A stretch of 59,270 nt of DNA from a virus: positions 1 to 59,270 of IMG/VR virus record IMGVR_UViG_3300025536_000003. One strand, 5' to 3'. Under the pieces are notes generated by a model that saw nothing but the letters and a program-made list of their open reading frames with translations, was not told the DNA's origin and made no database searches. Position 1 is the first letter of the stretch, and each line of letters starts with the position of its first letter. The translations under genes and the position numbers were made by a program. Of the stretch, positions 9,451 to 18,249 are shown piece by piece.

Positions 9451-10673
9451 CAGGCGTAGATGTTCCAGGGCTGAGCGTTTCTCAACACGCTGTCCACCGC
9501 CCCTGCCCGGGTGCCGTGCTTGGTTCCGGGTTTGTTGCCTCCGAAGAGATCTTGGGCGTCAGGTTCACCGCCGAAGAAGCCGGGCTTCAGGGTTTGCGGC
9601 ATCTGCGGCGTCCCATAGGTGTAGGGCACGGCATCAGGCTGGTAGATGTTCGTGACCGGCGGCATGCCCTGACCACCCTGTTGCTGTGGGCGTCCAGACG
9701 GGAAGTCCAGCGCATCCAGAGCATCTTTCCAGTTCGGTTTCTTGCCCGGCCCGCCCAGCGCTTCCGGCTGGTAGAGTTGTTCCGGTTTCAGCCCTTCCAG
9801 ACCGGGACGTGGCGCGAAGTCGAAGGCACCCCAAGTACCGGTCAAGGCTTCGGGGCGGTAGAGGTGGCTCGAGGACAGTCCTTCGAATCCGCGGACGGTG
9901 GTGCCAGCAGGGGCGGACAGGGCTTCAGGAGAGTAGAGACCGCCGGCCTTGTCACCGAGTCCCAGTGCATCGGGATTCTTGAAGCCACCGCCGCCGAGGT
10001 CGTTGAGGATGTTGTTGAAAGCGCCATCGCTCGCCGCCACACCAGACAGCGAACCAAATGCCTTAATCGGATTCCCTTCACGCGCTCCAGTGCCCATGCT
10101 GAACAGCCCGGCCGGTATGGCGAGCGGCGAAGCAGGTCCGCCTGTAAGCAGCGCGGCGATGTTGAGCACATCACCGAAGAGACCTGGTCCGGTCGGTCCT
10201 AATCGCTCGGCGTCCTGAGCTTTCGCGAGATCGACCGGCGCGCTCAGCGTGTCACCCAGTCCGGCCGGCATGTCGTAGCCGTAGTATTGCGCGAGCCTGG
10301 GATTCGGTGAGTTGACGATCTTGGCCGCGGCATTGATCTGATTCGGTTCGGCGCCGCTTCCCGTACCTCGCGTCCGATCCCCGATATCGGCCTGAACCCG
10401 AGCCGCGATCCCCATGTCGTTGATACCACCGCTCTGTGCGAGCGTGACGGCTTCACGGAGATTCGCTGGGATGTTCCCATCGGGGTAGTGCTTCGCGATG
10501 TACTGCGCGAGTTCCTGGAGCGCTACGTCATTGGGCTTGACGTCTGCATTGGCGGTCTTGACGTTGGCCTTGACCTTCTGCTTGGCCTGTTCCGCGGTCA
10601 GGTTGTTGCCCTTCAAACGTTCGATGGTCTGCAGCATGCTGGCTGCGCCGTCGGTGGGATCGTAGATGTTCAT
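9450..10673 (-). CDS. Hypothetical Gly/Pro-rich virion protein (407 aa)
   Basis: Long ORF with three LYxPEAL repeats (9756-9938) and low-complexity G/P segments. Confidence 0.65.
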   Translation of the reverse strand: MNIYDPTDGAASMLQTIERLKGNNLTAEQAKQKVKANVKTANADVKPNDVALQELAQYIAKHYPDGNIPANLREAVTLAQSGGINDMGIAARVQADIGDRTRGTGSGAEPNQINAAAKIVNSPNPRLAQYYGYDMPAGLGDTLSAPVDLAKAQDAERLGPTGPGLFGDVLNIAALLTGGPASPLAIPAGLFSMGTGAREGNPIKAFGSLSGVAASDGAFNNILNDLGGGGFKNPDALGLGDKAGGLYSPEALSAPAGTTVRGFEGLSSSHLYRPEALTGTWGAFDFAPRPGLEGLKPEQLYQPEALGGPGKKPNWKDALDALDFPSGRPQQQGGQGMPPVTNIYQPDAVPYTYGTPQMPQTLKPGFFGGEPDAQDLFGGNKPGTKHGTRAGAVDSVLRNAQPWNIYA

Positions 10674-10930
10674 CGTCCCCCCAGAGCTGTCCGTAGGGTC
10701 TCGATCTCAGGGATATCACTCGTGGGCTTCGCGAGTTCGGCTTCGATGATTTTCTCGACCACGGCGGCACGGGCTGCGGCACGGGCTTCAGCAATGCCGT
10801 CTTGTAGCGCTCTGGCATTCTTCTCCAGGAACCATGCCGCTTCTTCTGATACGCGAGCGTTTTCCTCTGCTGCTGTCAAAGGAACAATTTTGACGGCTCG
10901 AGTGATTACGTCCAGGACGTGCTTGTCCAT
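10670..10930 (-). CDS. Hypothetical helical protein (86 aa)
   Basis: ORF with a 4-nt overlap to the downstream gene. Ala/Glu-rich. Confidence 0.55.
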   Translation of the reverse strand: MDKHVLDVITRAVKIVPLTAAEENARVSEEAAWFLEKNARALQDGIAEARAAARAAVVEKIIEAELAKPTSDIPEIETLRTALGGR

Positions 10931-10932
10931 GA

Positions 10933-12042
10933 TTAAGCCCTCACTCCGTAAAGCGTATAGTTCATCGCGGCGATGTTGCCCGACGAAAAAAACACCCGGA
11001 ACGCGGTCGTCGGGCCGGCTGCCTGGATCTGCCCGCTGCCATGATTCACGTTCAACGCAGGACCGTTCGACTGGTAAGAGACACGGAAAAGAACCTGCGT
11101 GATCCCTGTGCCTGCGGGGTTCAGTAGAATGATCTCTCCTGACATTTCTTCGGCTGCTTGATTCCCGCTGTTCCCTGTCAATTCTATAAAGGCAGCTTCG
11201 TCATCGCCGAGGGCTCCGGTGGTCCCCGCTTCGGTCGCCCAAATGTAGTTCCACGCATAATCGGCAGCGTCTGCTTCGTAAGTTGATCCTCCGTCATCTG
11301 ACAATCGGAGCCGAAAAGGCACGTTATCTGTCGCCGGCTTCAATCCATCGAACACGAGTCGAATTTCTCGATAGGCGGCAGTCAACCCAGTGATGTCGAG
11401 TGTGGCGGCAGAGGCAACAGTTCCAGACGCCATTTTCTGCATTGCGCCATTGATGATGGCGTGCCAGTTGACTCCGTCACAGCGAAGATCGCAGCCTTCT
11501 CCATACCCGAAGGCCAGCGTGGTGGAACCGTTGATGGTCTCGGATCCATCGCCGTCCATCGTGACGACACCGGTACCGATGTTGAGGAAATTCAGCACGA
11601 ACCCATCGCCTGCCGTCGCCGCTGCTGGTAACGTCAGCGTCCAGGTTCCTGATGTCGCCACAATGGCCTTGCCATCATCCGCTACCGCTACGGTATAGGC
11701 CGCCGTCTTGGTCAGGACGCCAGAATCCTTGTCGGCCCAGGAGCCGAAGCCTTCCGCATCGGGATTCAGATTGTCGCCGCCGACTGGCGTGATCAGGACG
11801 TCATCCGCGTCATACACCAGCGCTTTGGTGTCGCCATCGAACCAGATCTGACCTGAAGGCGGACGGCCGTACGCATCCAGAATGATCGGGTTCGCGTGCG
11901 GTGTCGTGAGATCGGAATCTTGGTAGGCCGTCTTCGGTGTCGTGGTACCGACTTCGTAGGTGTAGATCTTCCCGCCAGCAAGAGGATCGCCGGCATTGTC
12001 GTGGAACTGGACACCACCGCCATACCAGAGTGCTTTGCCCAT
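10933..12042 (-). CDS. Tail fibre / tailspike-like protein (369 aa)
   Basis: The N-terminus MGKALWYGGGVQFHDNAGDPLAGGKIYTYEVGTTTPKTAYQD matches the conserved particle-binding N-terminus of many podophage fibres (recalled, not searched). Confidence 0.5.
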   Translation of the reverse strand: MGKALWYGGGVQFHDNAGDPLAGGKIYTYEVGTTTPKTAYQDSDLTTPHANPIILDAYGRPPSGQIWFDGDTKALVYDADDVLITPVGGDNLNPDAEGFGSWADKDSGVLTKTAAYTVAVADDGKAIVATSGTWTLTLPAAATAGDGFVLNFLNIGTGVVTMDGDGSETINGSTTLAFGYGEGCDLRCDGVNWHAIINGAMQKMASGTVASAATLDITGLTAAYREIRLVFDGLKPATDNVPFRLRLSDDGGSTYEADAADYAWNYIWATEAGTTGALGDDEAAFIELTGNSGNQAAEEMSGEIILLNPAGTGITQVLFRVSYQSNGPALNVNHGSGQIQAAGPTTAFRVFFSSGNIAAMNYTLYGVRA

Positions 12043-12746
12043 TACTCGAAGTCTCCGCTCTGGAAGTTGAACCGTGCGCGACTCAGCAGAGCTGGATCGA
12101 CCGTCAGCGTGGGAACACGAGACGACAGGTTGTGCCCCATGACTTGATTCATCGTCTGCTGCGCCATGGCTTTGGTGGTCTGCGAGGCTTCCTTGCCGTA
12201 GTCCGGGGCCAATCGAACAGCGAGGTTGCTGACCAGCAGTTCGTCATACTCGGTCGGCAGATCGTCATCCGTGGTCAGTTCTGCGAATCCGGTCAGCGGC
12301 TTCAGGCTCCACAGGATCAGCGTGTAGGCTTGATCCAAGGTGCGGTTGAAGTAGAGCCGGCCCAGCGGTTCTGACGGCTCGTAGTGGACGCTGTCCGGAC
12401 GGCCGGAATCGCTCTTGTCGATCTCGCGTTCCAGCAATTCCAGGCTGATCAGCCTCAGGCTGTATTCCGTGTCGCCGGACTTCAGCTTGGCAATGACGAT
12501 CTCCATCGGCCTGACCGTGCTCAGCGTGCCACCCGTTCCGATGGTGTAGGTGTCCGCACCGCCCGAGATCGCGAGTTCTTCGCGGGTGCGGTACGGGATC
12601 ATCAAACCCTTGGCGCCGGACCAATGCCCGATCATGCGGTTCAGCTTGCGGAAGCCGAGTTGCATGTCATCTGCAGACACTGAGAACCCGGCCCGCTTCA
12701 CCCGCAGTTCGGACAGAGCATCCTCAACGATCGCTTGCGCTTTCAC
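12042..12746 (-). CDS. Head-to-tail adaptor / tail tubular A-type protein candidate (234 aa)
   Basis: GTG start. The pattern ...FRKLNRMIGHWSG... and its position before the fibre gene support the call. Function is from memory only. Confidence 0.4.
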   Translation of the reverse strand: MKAQAIVEDALSELRVKRAGFSVSADDMQLGFRKLNRMIGHWSGAKGLMIPYRTREELAISGGADTYTIGTGGTLSTVRPMEIVIAKLKSGDTEYSLRLISLELLEREIDKSDSGRPDSVHYEPSEPLGRLYFNRTLDQAYTLILWSLKPLTGFAELTTDDDLPTEYDELLVSNLAVRLAPDYGKEASQTTKAMAQQTMNQVMGHNLSSRVPTLTVDPALLSRARFNFQSGDFE

Positions 12747-12897
12747 GGACTTCCTCCAGCATCACGGTCGGCAACCGGTAGGTCTTGCCGTGGTGCCTGC
12801 AGTCGGGGTTGTCACAGGCGAGCGTCGGTGGATCACCGTATTCCAGAGACAGCGCCCGACTGCACTCACAGGTCAGCTCGGTGATGTACGCCTTCAT
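12724..12897 (-). CDS. Small zinc-ribbon protein (57 aa), not in the ORF track
   Basis: The ATG at 12897 overlaps the upstream stop as ATGA. Translation: MKAYITELTCECSRALSLEYGDPPTLACDNPDCRHHGKTYRLP... (CxC...CxxxxC). Confidence 0.45.
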   Translation of the reverse strand: MKAYITELTCECSRALSLEYGDPPTLACDNPDCRHHGKTYRLPTVMLEEVRESASDR

Positions 12898-13472
12898 TCC
12901 AGCGCTTCCGCTTCGGCGACGAGATCTTCGAGCTTCTTGCGGCGATCGATGTCGATGCCGTGTTTCGCCTTGACGTAGGCTTCGATGCCTTCCTTCTTCG
13001 CTTCGGCTTTCTTGGTCGGCGGCATGTCATCGGTCAACACAGCTTTGCACCAGGCTTCCATGAAGGCATTGAAACCGGTGAACCCACTGGGATCCGGCTG
13101 CCCATCGGCTTGTGCGTCCTCGATGACGAGATCGGCCGGGATCCAGTTCGCGGCCTTCGTCGGTGAGTCGAACCAGCCGTCTTCCTCGCGCGGGAGTTCG
13201 TTGGTCCAAAACCGCTTCGCCCCATGGTCCTTGTGGTAACGGAAGCACTCCGTCGGTGCGTCTCGAGCCGCCGGAGATGCATCCGGGTCCAACCGTCCGT
13301 AGGGCTGCTTGAACCCCGGGAACTTGGCCGGGGTATCCACCCAGCCTTCCGCCTCGTCTGGCAGTTCATCCGTCCAGAACCGACGCCCCTTGGGGGCGAG
13401 CGTCGGGTGGTAGCGGAAGCACTGCGTGGTCTGGCCGTCGTAGATCCCCTCGCGGGATTCGATGACTTCCAT
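12894..13472 (-). CDS. Hypothetical protein with an internal domain duplication (192 aa)
   Basis: Two copies of the CFRYH...RFWT(D/N)ELP.E..GW.D(T/S)P motif (13158-13427). Confidence 0.65.
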   Translation of the reverse strand: MEVIESREGIYDGQTTQCFRYHPTLAPKGRRFWTDELPDEAEGWVDTPAKFPGFKQPYGRLDPDASPAARDAPTECFRYHKDHGAKRFWTNELPREEDGWFDSPTKAANWIPADLVIEDAQADGQPDPSGFTGFNAFMEAWCKAVLTDDMPPTKKAEAKKEGIEAYVKAKHGIDIDRRKKLEDLVAEAEALE

Positions 13473-13473
13473 A

Positions 13474-13977
13474 TCAGTTCACCCGCTTGACGTGGAGCAC
13501 CAGACCCAAGAGTTCGATGTCGGTCGAGCCCAGCGTGGTCGCCGTCAACAGAGCGAACAAGGTCCGGTCCTGCTGCACACGCACGCGATTGGCGGTGGTC
13601 AGCTTGGTTTCGGTGTTGTTGATATCGAGCTTGGTGTCCGCCGTGACGCTGACTTGCGTCATGTCGGTCCCGGACAAGGCCGCAGAAGCCGAAGCGGCTG
13701 CCGCCGGCACGAACTCATGCAGGGCCGCATCCAAGGTCACGGCGTTACCAGCGGATTCGATCTGCCCGAGCAGGTGGTAGCCGACGATCAGATCGCCGAC
13801 CCGCAGCCCGGGCAGCGGCATGATCAAGATGCCAGCGGTCTGCGAAGCTGCCACCGTGGACATCCAGGTACTGGCTGCTGCACGAACCGTCCAGCCCGCG
13901 GCACCACCGACCTTGCCGTCCTGATACAGGATCTTCTCGATCCCATCGCCGAAGCGATCATTCCAATGTTCACCCAT
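13474..13977 (-). CDS. Hypothetical protein (167 aa)
   Basis: ORF in the late operon with high third-position GC. Confidence 0.6.
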   Translation of the reverse strand: MGEHWNDRFGDGIEKILYQDGKVGGAAGWTVRAAASTWMSTVAASQTAGILIMPLPGLRVGDLIVGYHLLGQIESAGNAVTLDAALHEFVPAAAASASAALSGTDMTQVSVTADTKLDINNTETKLTTANRVRVQQDRTLFALLTATTLGSTDIELLGLVLHVKRVN

Positions 13978-13995
13978 TTGAGGTCTCCTGAAGTT

Positions 13996-14583
13996 TCACG
14001 CGGCGTCTGCCGCAGCATCAGCGTCCGGACAGTCCCGACGCCACGTGTAAGGCCCGGTATGCGAGACTCGAATCGAGCCATCGACCCACACCGTGCCGCC
14101 CGCCTCCTGCACTTTCTGGCAGAAGGCAATGTCTTCGCCCATGAAGCGCTCGCCTATCCAGCGCGCGTCGAACAGGCGTCCTGTCAGCCGCTCGAGCAGC
14201 GCTCGGCGGATGCGTAGCAAACCGGTGCCGACGTAGTCCCGCGCGACCAGGGCGGCCGGCGCTTCGCGGTCGCACGCGATGCCGTCACCGCGCTTGGGGC
14301 AGACCGCGCCGACCACATCGACGTCATGCGTCAGCAGTCGACACCAGCCTTCGGCGTCGAAGCCGATGTCGTCATCGAGGAAGACGAGATCGGTGTAGTC
14401 GCTGGCCAGGAACTCCTGTACGGCGCGCTCGCGGATGACGTGAATGAAGCAGCCGCCCAGTTGCACCTTCCAGCGGTAGCGGATGCCGGTCAGGGTCATG
14501 GCGGCGGCGGCATCGGCCATGCCGAGCGCCGTCGGGACCGAAATGGCCGCGTTGTTCGACGGCGTAAAGATCCAGACTTTCAC
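13996..14583 (-). CDS. Glycosyltransferase (GT-A-like, DxD), 195 aa
   Basis: LVFLDDDIGF DxD motif, VCPKRGDG, GTGLLRIRRALLERL, GEDIAFCQKVQEAGGTVWVD. Paralogous to the N-half of 14580..15803. GTGA-coupled. Confidence 0.65.
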   Translation of the reverse strand: MKVWIFTPSNNAAISVPTALGMADAAAAMTLTGIRYRWKVQLGGCFIHVIRERAVQEFLASDYTDLVFLDDDIGFDAEGWCRLLTHDVDVVGAVCPKRGDGIACDREAPAALVARDYVGTGLLRIRRALLERLTGRLFDARWIGERFMGEDIAFCQKVQEAGGTVWVDGSIRVSHTGPYTWRRDCPDADAAADAA

Positions 14584-15803
14584 AGCACCAGTCCGAACGG
14601 CCGGTGCGCGTCAAAGCGGTGCAGGATGCGGCCGTTCGTCCAGCACCAATTTTCGATGTCCTTGCGGTAGGCGCGGTTATCGATGTCGTCGACCAGCACC
14701 GGGCATTGCGGCATCAGGGTTTCGAACAGCCCCAGGCGCCCGAGCTTTCCAGGGGGGCCGTCGCAGACGATGAAGTCATAGCTGCCAGTGACCTCGGCGT
14801 ACCAAGAGCCACTATTGCGCGGCACCAGATCAACGACACGCACCTCCAGATTGTCGAGACCATTCATGCGCGCAACGTGCTCGACTTTACTCGCCCAAGC
14901 GGGCGAGCTTTCGAGCGCGACGACCGGTGCGGTCGTGGCGGCGGCGAGGACCAGCGAGGACAGGCCCGAGCCGCAGTCGAGTACCGACGTCGCCTGTCGC
15001 GCCAGTTGCGCGGCGGTGAAGAGCGCTTCCGGGCCGAGCGCCCAGTTGTTGCCCCAGACGTTGAAGAGTTCGAGGTAGGTGCCCGCGTCCGCGGTGTTGG
15101 CTTTGATCGCTGCGAGTCCCTGTGGGATCGCGACATCGCGGCGCCACCAATAACCGAGACAGCCGTGCCACAGCTTCTCGCCGACATGGCCGAGCTGCAT
15201 CATCGGGTCGACGTAGACGGCGTACCCGGCGGCGCGTGCCTTGCGGCAGAATTCGTAGTCGCCGCCGCGCCGGCTGCGGCCGTTCAAGGTGCGCTCGAAA
15301 ATGATACCGATGTCGAGTCGGCCGGTGTCTTCGCGATCGACGAATTTTTCGGCCGTGGCATGTAATCGCTCTAGCACGCCGCGGCGGATCTTGAGAAAGC
15401 CAGTCGGCACGCCTTCGACTTCGACCAGTCCCATAGGATCTGGTGTGCGCGGGCCGGGTAGCGGCTTGACCGGGTACTCGGTATCGCCATCTGATCGTTT
15501 CGGATAGACCCCGGCCACGATGTCGACCGGGTAGTCGATGAGCTTGCGCAGATCGTTGTCGAGCCAGCACACATCGGCATCCAGGAAGACGAGTTGTTCG
15601 CACCCGCTTTCCAGGAAGTCGCGCACCAGTCGATTGCGCGCATCATCGACATGGCAATTGCCTTCGAGAACGCAGAGCCCGATGTCATCGGCGACGGAGC
15701 GAAACAAGGACGCCACGAAGGGGCCGGATAGCCCGCTGTACGCAGCGACCGCGAGAAAGGTGCCCGCCCCATGACGGGGCGGGACGTATTGGATAAAACT
15801 CAC
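14580..15803 (-). CDS. Glycosyltransferase fused to a class-I SAM-dependent methyltransferase (407 aa)
   Basis: N-half: LVFLDADVCW, VYPKRSDGD, PTGFLKIRRGVLERL, GGDYEFCRKARAAGYAVYVD. C-half: VLDCGSGLSSLVLAA (motif I) and FIVCDGPP. Confidence 0.65.
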   Translation of the reverse strand: MSFIQYVPPRHGAGTFLAVAAYSGLSGPFVASLFRSVADDIGLCVLEGNCHVDDARNRLVRDFLESGCEQLVFLDADVCWLDNDLRKLIDYPVDIVAGVYPKRSDGDTEYPVKPLPGPRTPDPMGLVEVEGVPTGFLKIRRGVLERLHATAEKFVDREDTGRLDIGIIFERTLNGRSRRGGDYEFCRKARAAGYAVYVDPMMQLGHVGEKLWHGCLGYWWRRDVAIPQGLAAIKANTADAGTYLELFNVWGNNWALGPEALFTAAQLARQATSVLDCGSGLSSLVLAAATTAPVVALESSPAWASKVEHVARMNGLDNLEVRVVDLVPRNSGSWYAEVTGSYDFIVCDGPPGKLGRLGLFETLMPQCPVLVDDIDNRAYRKDIENWCWTNGRILHRFDAHRPFGLVL

Positions 15804-16045
15804 GAACTCGCCAGCAAGCCGAGTGTTTCGAGCTTGCCGAGCAGCGAGTTGAACTTGCTGCGCAGACTGTCGAGATCCGCCGTCAGTGCGGTAGTGGTCG
15901 AGGTCGTGGTGGTGGTATTGGTCGCGTCGGCGATATTCGTCTGCCGTACGACCGGGTCAGCTCCGAAGAAGCCCACCAAGTCGGTCGCGCTTTGACCAAT
16001 CTTGAGGCCGTCCGGACGCAGGTCCGATACTTGTTTTGCAGTCAT
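15800..16045 (-). CDS. Thr-run microprotein, possible head fibre/decoration protein (81 aa)
   Basis: Strong SD (AGGAGA). Contains GFFGADPVVRQ, a run NTTTTTSTTT (15887-15922), then the amphipathic helix LDSLRSKFNSLLGKLETLGLL. Confidence 0.55.
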   Translation of the reverse strand: MTAKQVSDLRPDGLKIGQSATDLVGFFGADPVVRQTNIADATNTTTTTSTTTALTADLDSLRSKFNSLLGKLETLGLLASS

Positions 16046-16048
16046 GGT

Positions 16049-16231
16049 TCAGATCTCCTGATGCGTGCCCGGTGCGGGCTTGGGATCGGACCAGCCGTGG
16101 TTGTTGCCGAGCAACTTGTCCGCTTGGCGCGGGTCGACGATGCGGCGTTCGCCGGCATCGGGGTGCTCGATGATCAACTGACGGTTGGCTGGGGTGCGCT
16201 TGCGAGTGCGAGAGGTATGGATGTAAGCCAT
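16049..16231 (-). CDS. Hypothetical small basic protein (60 aa)
   Basis: Start moved to ATG 16231 (MAYIHTSRTRKR...), preceded by AAGGAGA. The track start is a TTG further upstream. Confidence 0.5.
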   Translation of the reverse strand: MAYIHTSRTRKRTPANRQLIIEHPDAGERRIVDPRQADKLLGNNHGWSDPKPAPGTHQEI

Positions 16232-16241
16232 ACGGTCTCCT

Positions 16242-16249
16242 TGTATAAT
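16242..16249 (+). promoter_or_regulatory. Extended -10 element (TGTATAAT) for the plus-strand HNH-like gene
   Basis: TGTATAAT lies 30 nt upstream of ATG 16279 in the 47-bp divergent gap. It is the only plausible promoter for a gene antisense to the late operon. Confidence 0.4.
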
Positions 16250-16278
16250 TAACCCCTGATTCAAACTCGGGGCGATGA

Positions 16279-16986
16279 ATGAACATTTCTCTCAGTGATT
16301 TCGGACTCGAACCCTGGTCTTCCAGCATCGTTCGCGACCGTTATGGTCGGCTCACGGTGCTGGCTGTTGGACGTGTTCCAGGCACGTACCGCTACTTCGC
16401 TGTGTGCTCTTGCGACTGCGACGCTCCGTTGAAGCGTTACCGCATCGACAAATTGCAATCAGGACACACGACAAGCTGCGGTTGTGCGCAGCGAGAAGCG
16501 ACCACGAAGCATGGTCTATGGGACCATCCGCTCTACAGCATTTGGAGTCACGCTATGCAGAGGTGTTATTACGCCTCCGCGTCACGCTTCTCTCGCTATG
16601 GCGGTCGCGGCATTCGTGTCTGTGATCGCTGGCACGATGTTTCGGCTTTCGTCGAAGACATGGCGCCTACGTACTGGCCTGGAGCCTCGCTTGATCGCAT
16701 CGACTGTGACGGTCATTACGAACCAGCCAATTGCCGATGGGTGGAGCTTTCCGCTCAAGCCACCAACAAAACGACAACCATCAGCATCACCCATCAAGGC
16801 CGCACGCTGCGGCTGGTCGAATGGGCTGAAATCGTCGGCATCCCTTATGGGACACTATGGGATCGCTTCGTCAAACAAGGGTGGTCGGTATCCAGAACGC
16901 TAACCACTCCGCCAATGGACGCCCAATCCAGATGCGCGCTAGCCCGCGCGGCATGGAAACCGCGCAAGCGCGAAAAAGCACTGTAA
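16279..16986 (+). CDS. Zn-finger + His-Me (HNH-like) + C-terminal HTH homing-endonuclease-like protein, paralog 1 (235 aa)
   Basis: CSCDCD...SCGC, HGLWDHPLYSIWSHAMQRC, YGGRGIRVCDRW, SLDRIDCDGHYEPANCRW, then LVEWAEIVGIPYGTLWDRFVKQGWS. Antisense to the late operon. Confidence 0.6.
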   Translation: MNISLSDFGLEPWSSSIVRDRYGRLTVLAVGRVPGTYRYFAVCSCDCDAPLKRYRIDKLQSGHTTSCGCAQREATTKHGLWDHPLYSIWSHAMQRCYYASASRFSRYGGRGIRVCDRWHDVSAFVEDMAPTYWPGASLDRIDCDGHYEPANCRWVELSAQATNKTTTISITHQGRTLRLVEWAEIVGIPYGTLWDRFVKQGWSVSRTLTTPPMDAQSRCALARAAWKPRKREKAL

Positions 16987-16999
16987 AATCAATGAGTTA

Positions 17000-18211
17000 C
17001 TATCCCCACAATCTCGATCCCAAATCGGGGTATATCGCGCGAACCCCCCATAGGATGTCGAGCCGGATGATGTCCTCGTCGTCGACGATGGAGAAATCCT
17101 TCACGACTCGGATCGAGATCCCGTCATGCTGCGTGCGGGCCTTGAACGACGCACCATCCGGCAGTGCCAGCGGGCACATGACGAGGGCGAGGGCGTTCTT
17201 GTGGAAGGCCAGGTTCTGCGGGAACGTGGTCGAGTTCGTGCCCAGGAACGTGATCGCGGCATCGTTGATCGGCGCGGCGTCCACGTTCTGGTAGGCGCCA
17301 CTGGACACGATAGCCGGCGAGATCACGACGTCCGACTCGTTGCTGACCGGGGTTACCGCGGTGACCACAGTGAACTGCATCAAGCGTCCGGTGGACTGCT
17401 TGCTGATCGGGTTGACCGAGTAGACATCAGCGATGGTGAAGACGTCCCCGACACGCAGGGAGTTCGCGGTGTCACCACCGAAACCATCCATGTGGATGGT
17501 CATCGTGTTGGCCTGCGGGGTTGAATTGGAGTTCAACGTGCCGTTGTCGATGAGGATGGCCGCATCATCGACTCGCGCGCCGCAGGTATGCATGGCGACG
17601 TTCTGATCACCGTAGATGTCGAAGTTCGCGATCCGACCCAAGAGACCCTTTCGGATCAGTTCGCGCGGCATCGAGTTGTCGTAGATACCCTTGAGGGCAT
17701 CCGCCATCGCCCAGCGGGACGCCGGGTTCAGGACCAGTTTCCGCATGCCGTCATCCGGGACTGCGAACTCGTCCAGGTACTGCGCGGCGGTACCGAGCGT
17801 CGAGAACGAATTGGGCGTGGTACCCGGGGTGCCGGCGGAAATGAACAGGCTGCTGTAGAGCCCGGTCAGCGAGAGATCGACATCGTTCGCCAGTCGGATG
17901 TTCGCCGGCTTCAGGTAGCGCTCGGCATACTGATCCACGGTCAGCGTGAGATCTTCGGAGTTGAAGCCCCAGCCGACGTGTTTCCGCTGGTCGATGGTGA
18001 TCGAGACCGAGCCTTCCTCGACGTCCTGCTTGGACAGCGTGGCTCCGGTGGTGGACGTGAACTTGACCGGCTTCCGGATGGAAACCGAGTTCCCGACCTT
18101 GACGAACTCCTTTTTGTATTCCCGGTGGACATTCATCGCCATGACGAGGTTGTTCGTCAGTTGGAACAACGACTCCTTGGCGATGATGCTCGGGGTGATG
18201 AGCGTATTCAT
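17000..18211 (-). CDS. Major capsid protein, P22-type coat (403 aa)
   Basis: The N-terminus ITPSIIAKESLFQLTNNLVMAMNVHREYKKEFVKVGNSVSIRKPVKF matches the P22 coat family pattern. It follows the scaffold gene. Confidence 0.8.
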   Translation of the reverse strand: MNTLITPSIIAKESLFQLTNNLVMAMNVHREYKKEFVKVGNSVSIRKPVKFTSTTGATLSKQDVEEGSVSITIDQRKHVGWGFNSEDLTLTVDQYAERYLKPANIRLANDVDLSLTGLYSSLFISAGTPGTTPNSFSTLGTAAQYLDEFAVPDDGMRKLVLNPASRWAMADALKGIYDNSMPRELIRKGLLGRIANFDIYGDQNVAMHTCGARVDDAAILIDNGTLNSNSTPQANTMTIHMDGFGGDTANSLRVGDVFTIADVYSVNPISKQSTGRLMQFTVVTAVTPVSNESDVVISPAIVSSGAYQNVDAAPINDAAITFLGTNSTTFPQNLAFHKNALALVMCPLALPDGASFKARTQHDGISIRVVKDFSIVDDEDIIRLDILWGVRAIYPDLGSRLWG

Positions 18212-18249
18212 GGTGGTACTCCGTATGGTCGATACAGGGCACCCTCAAC

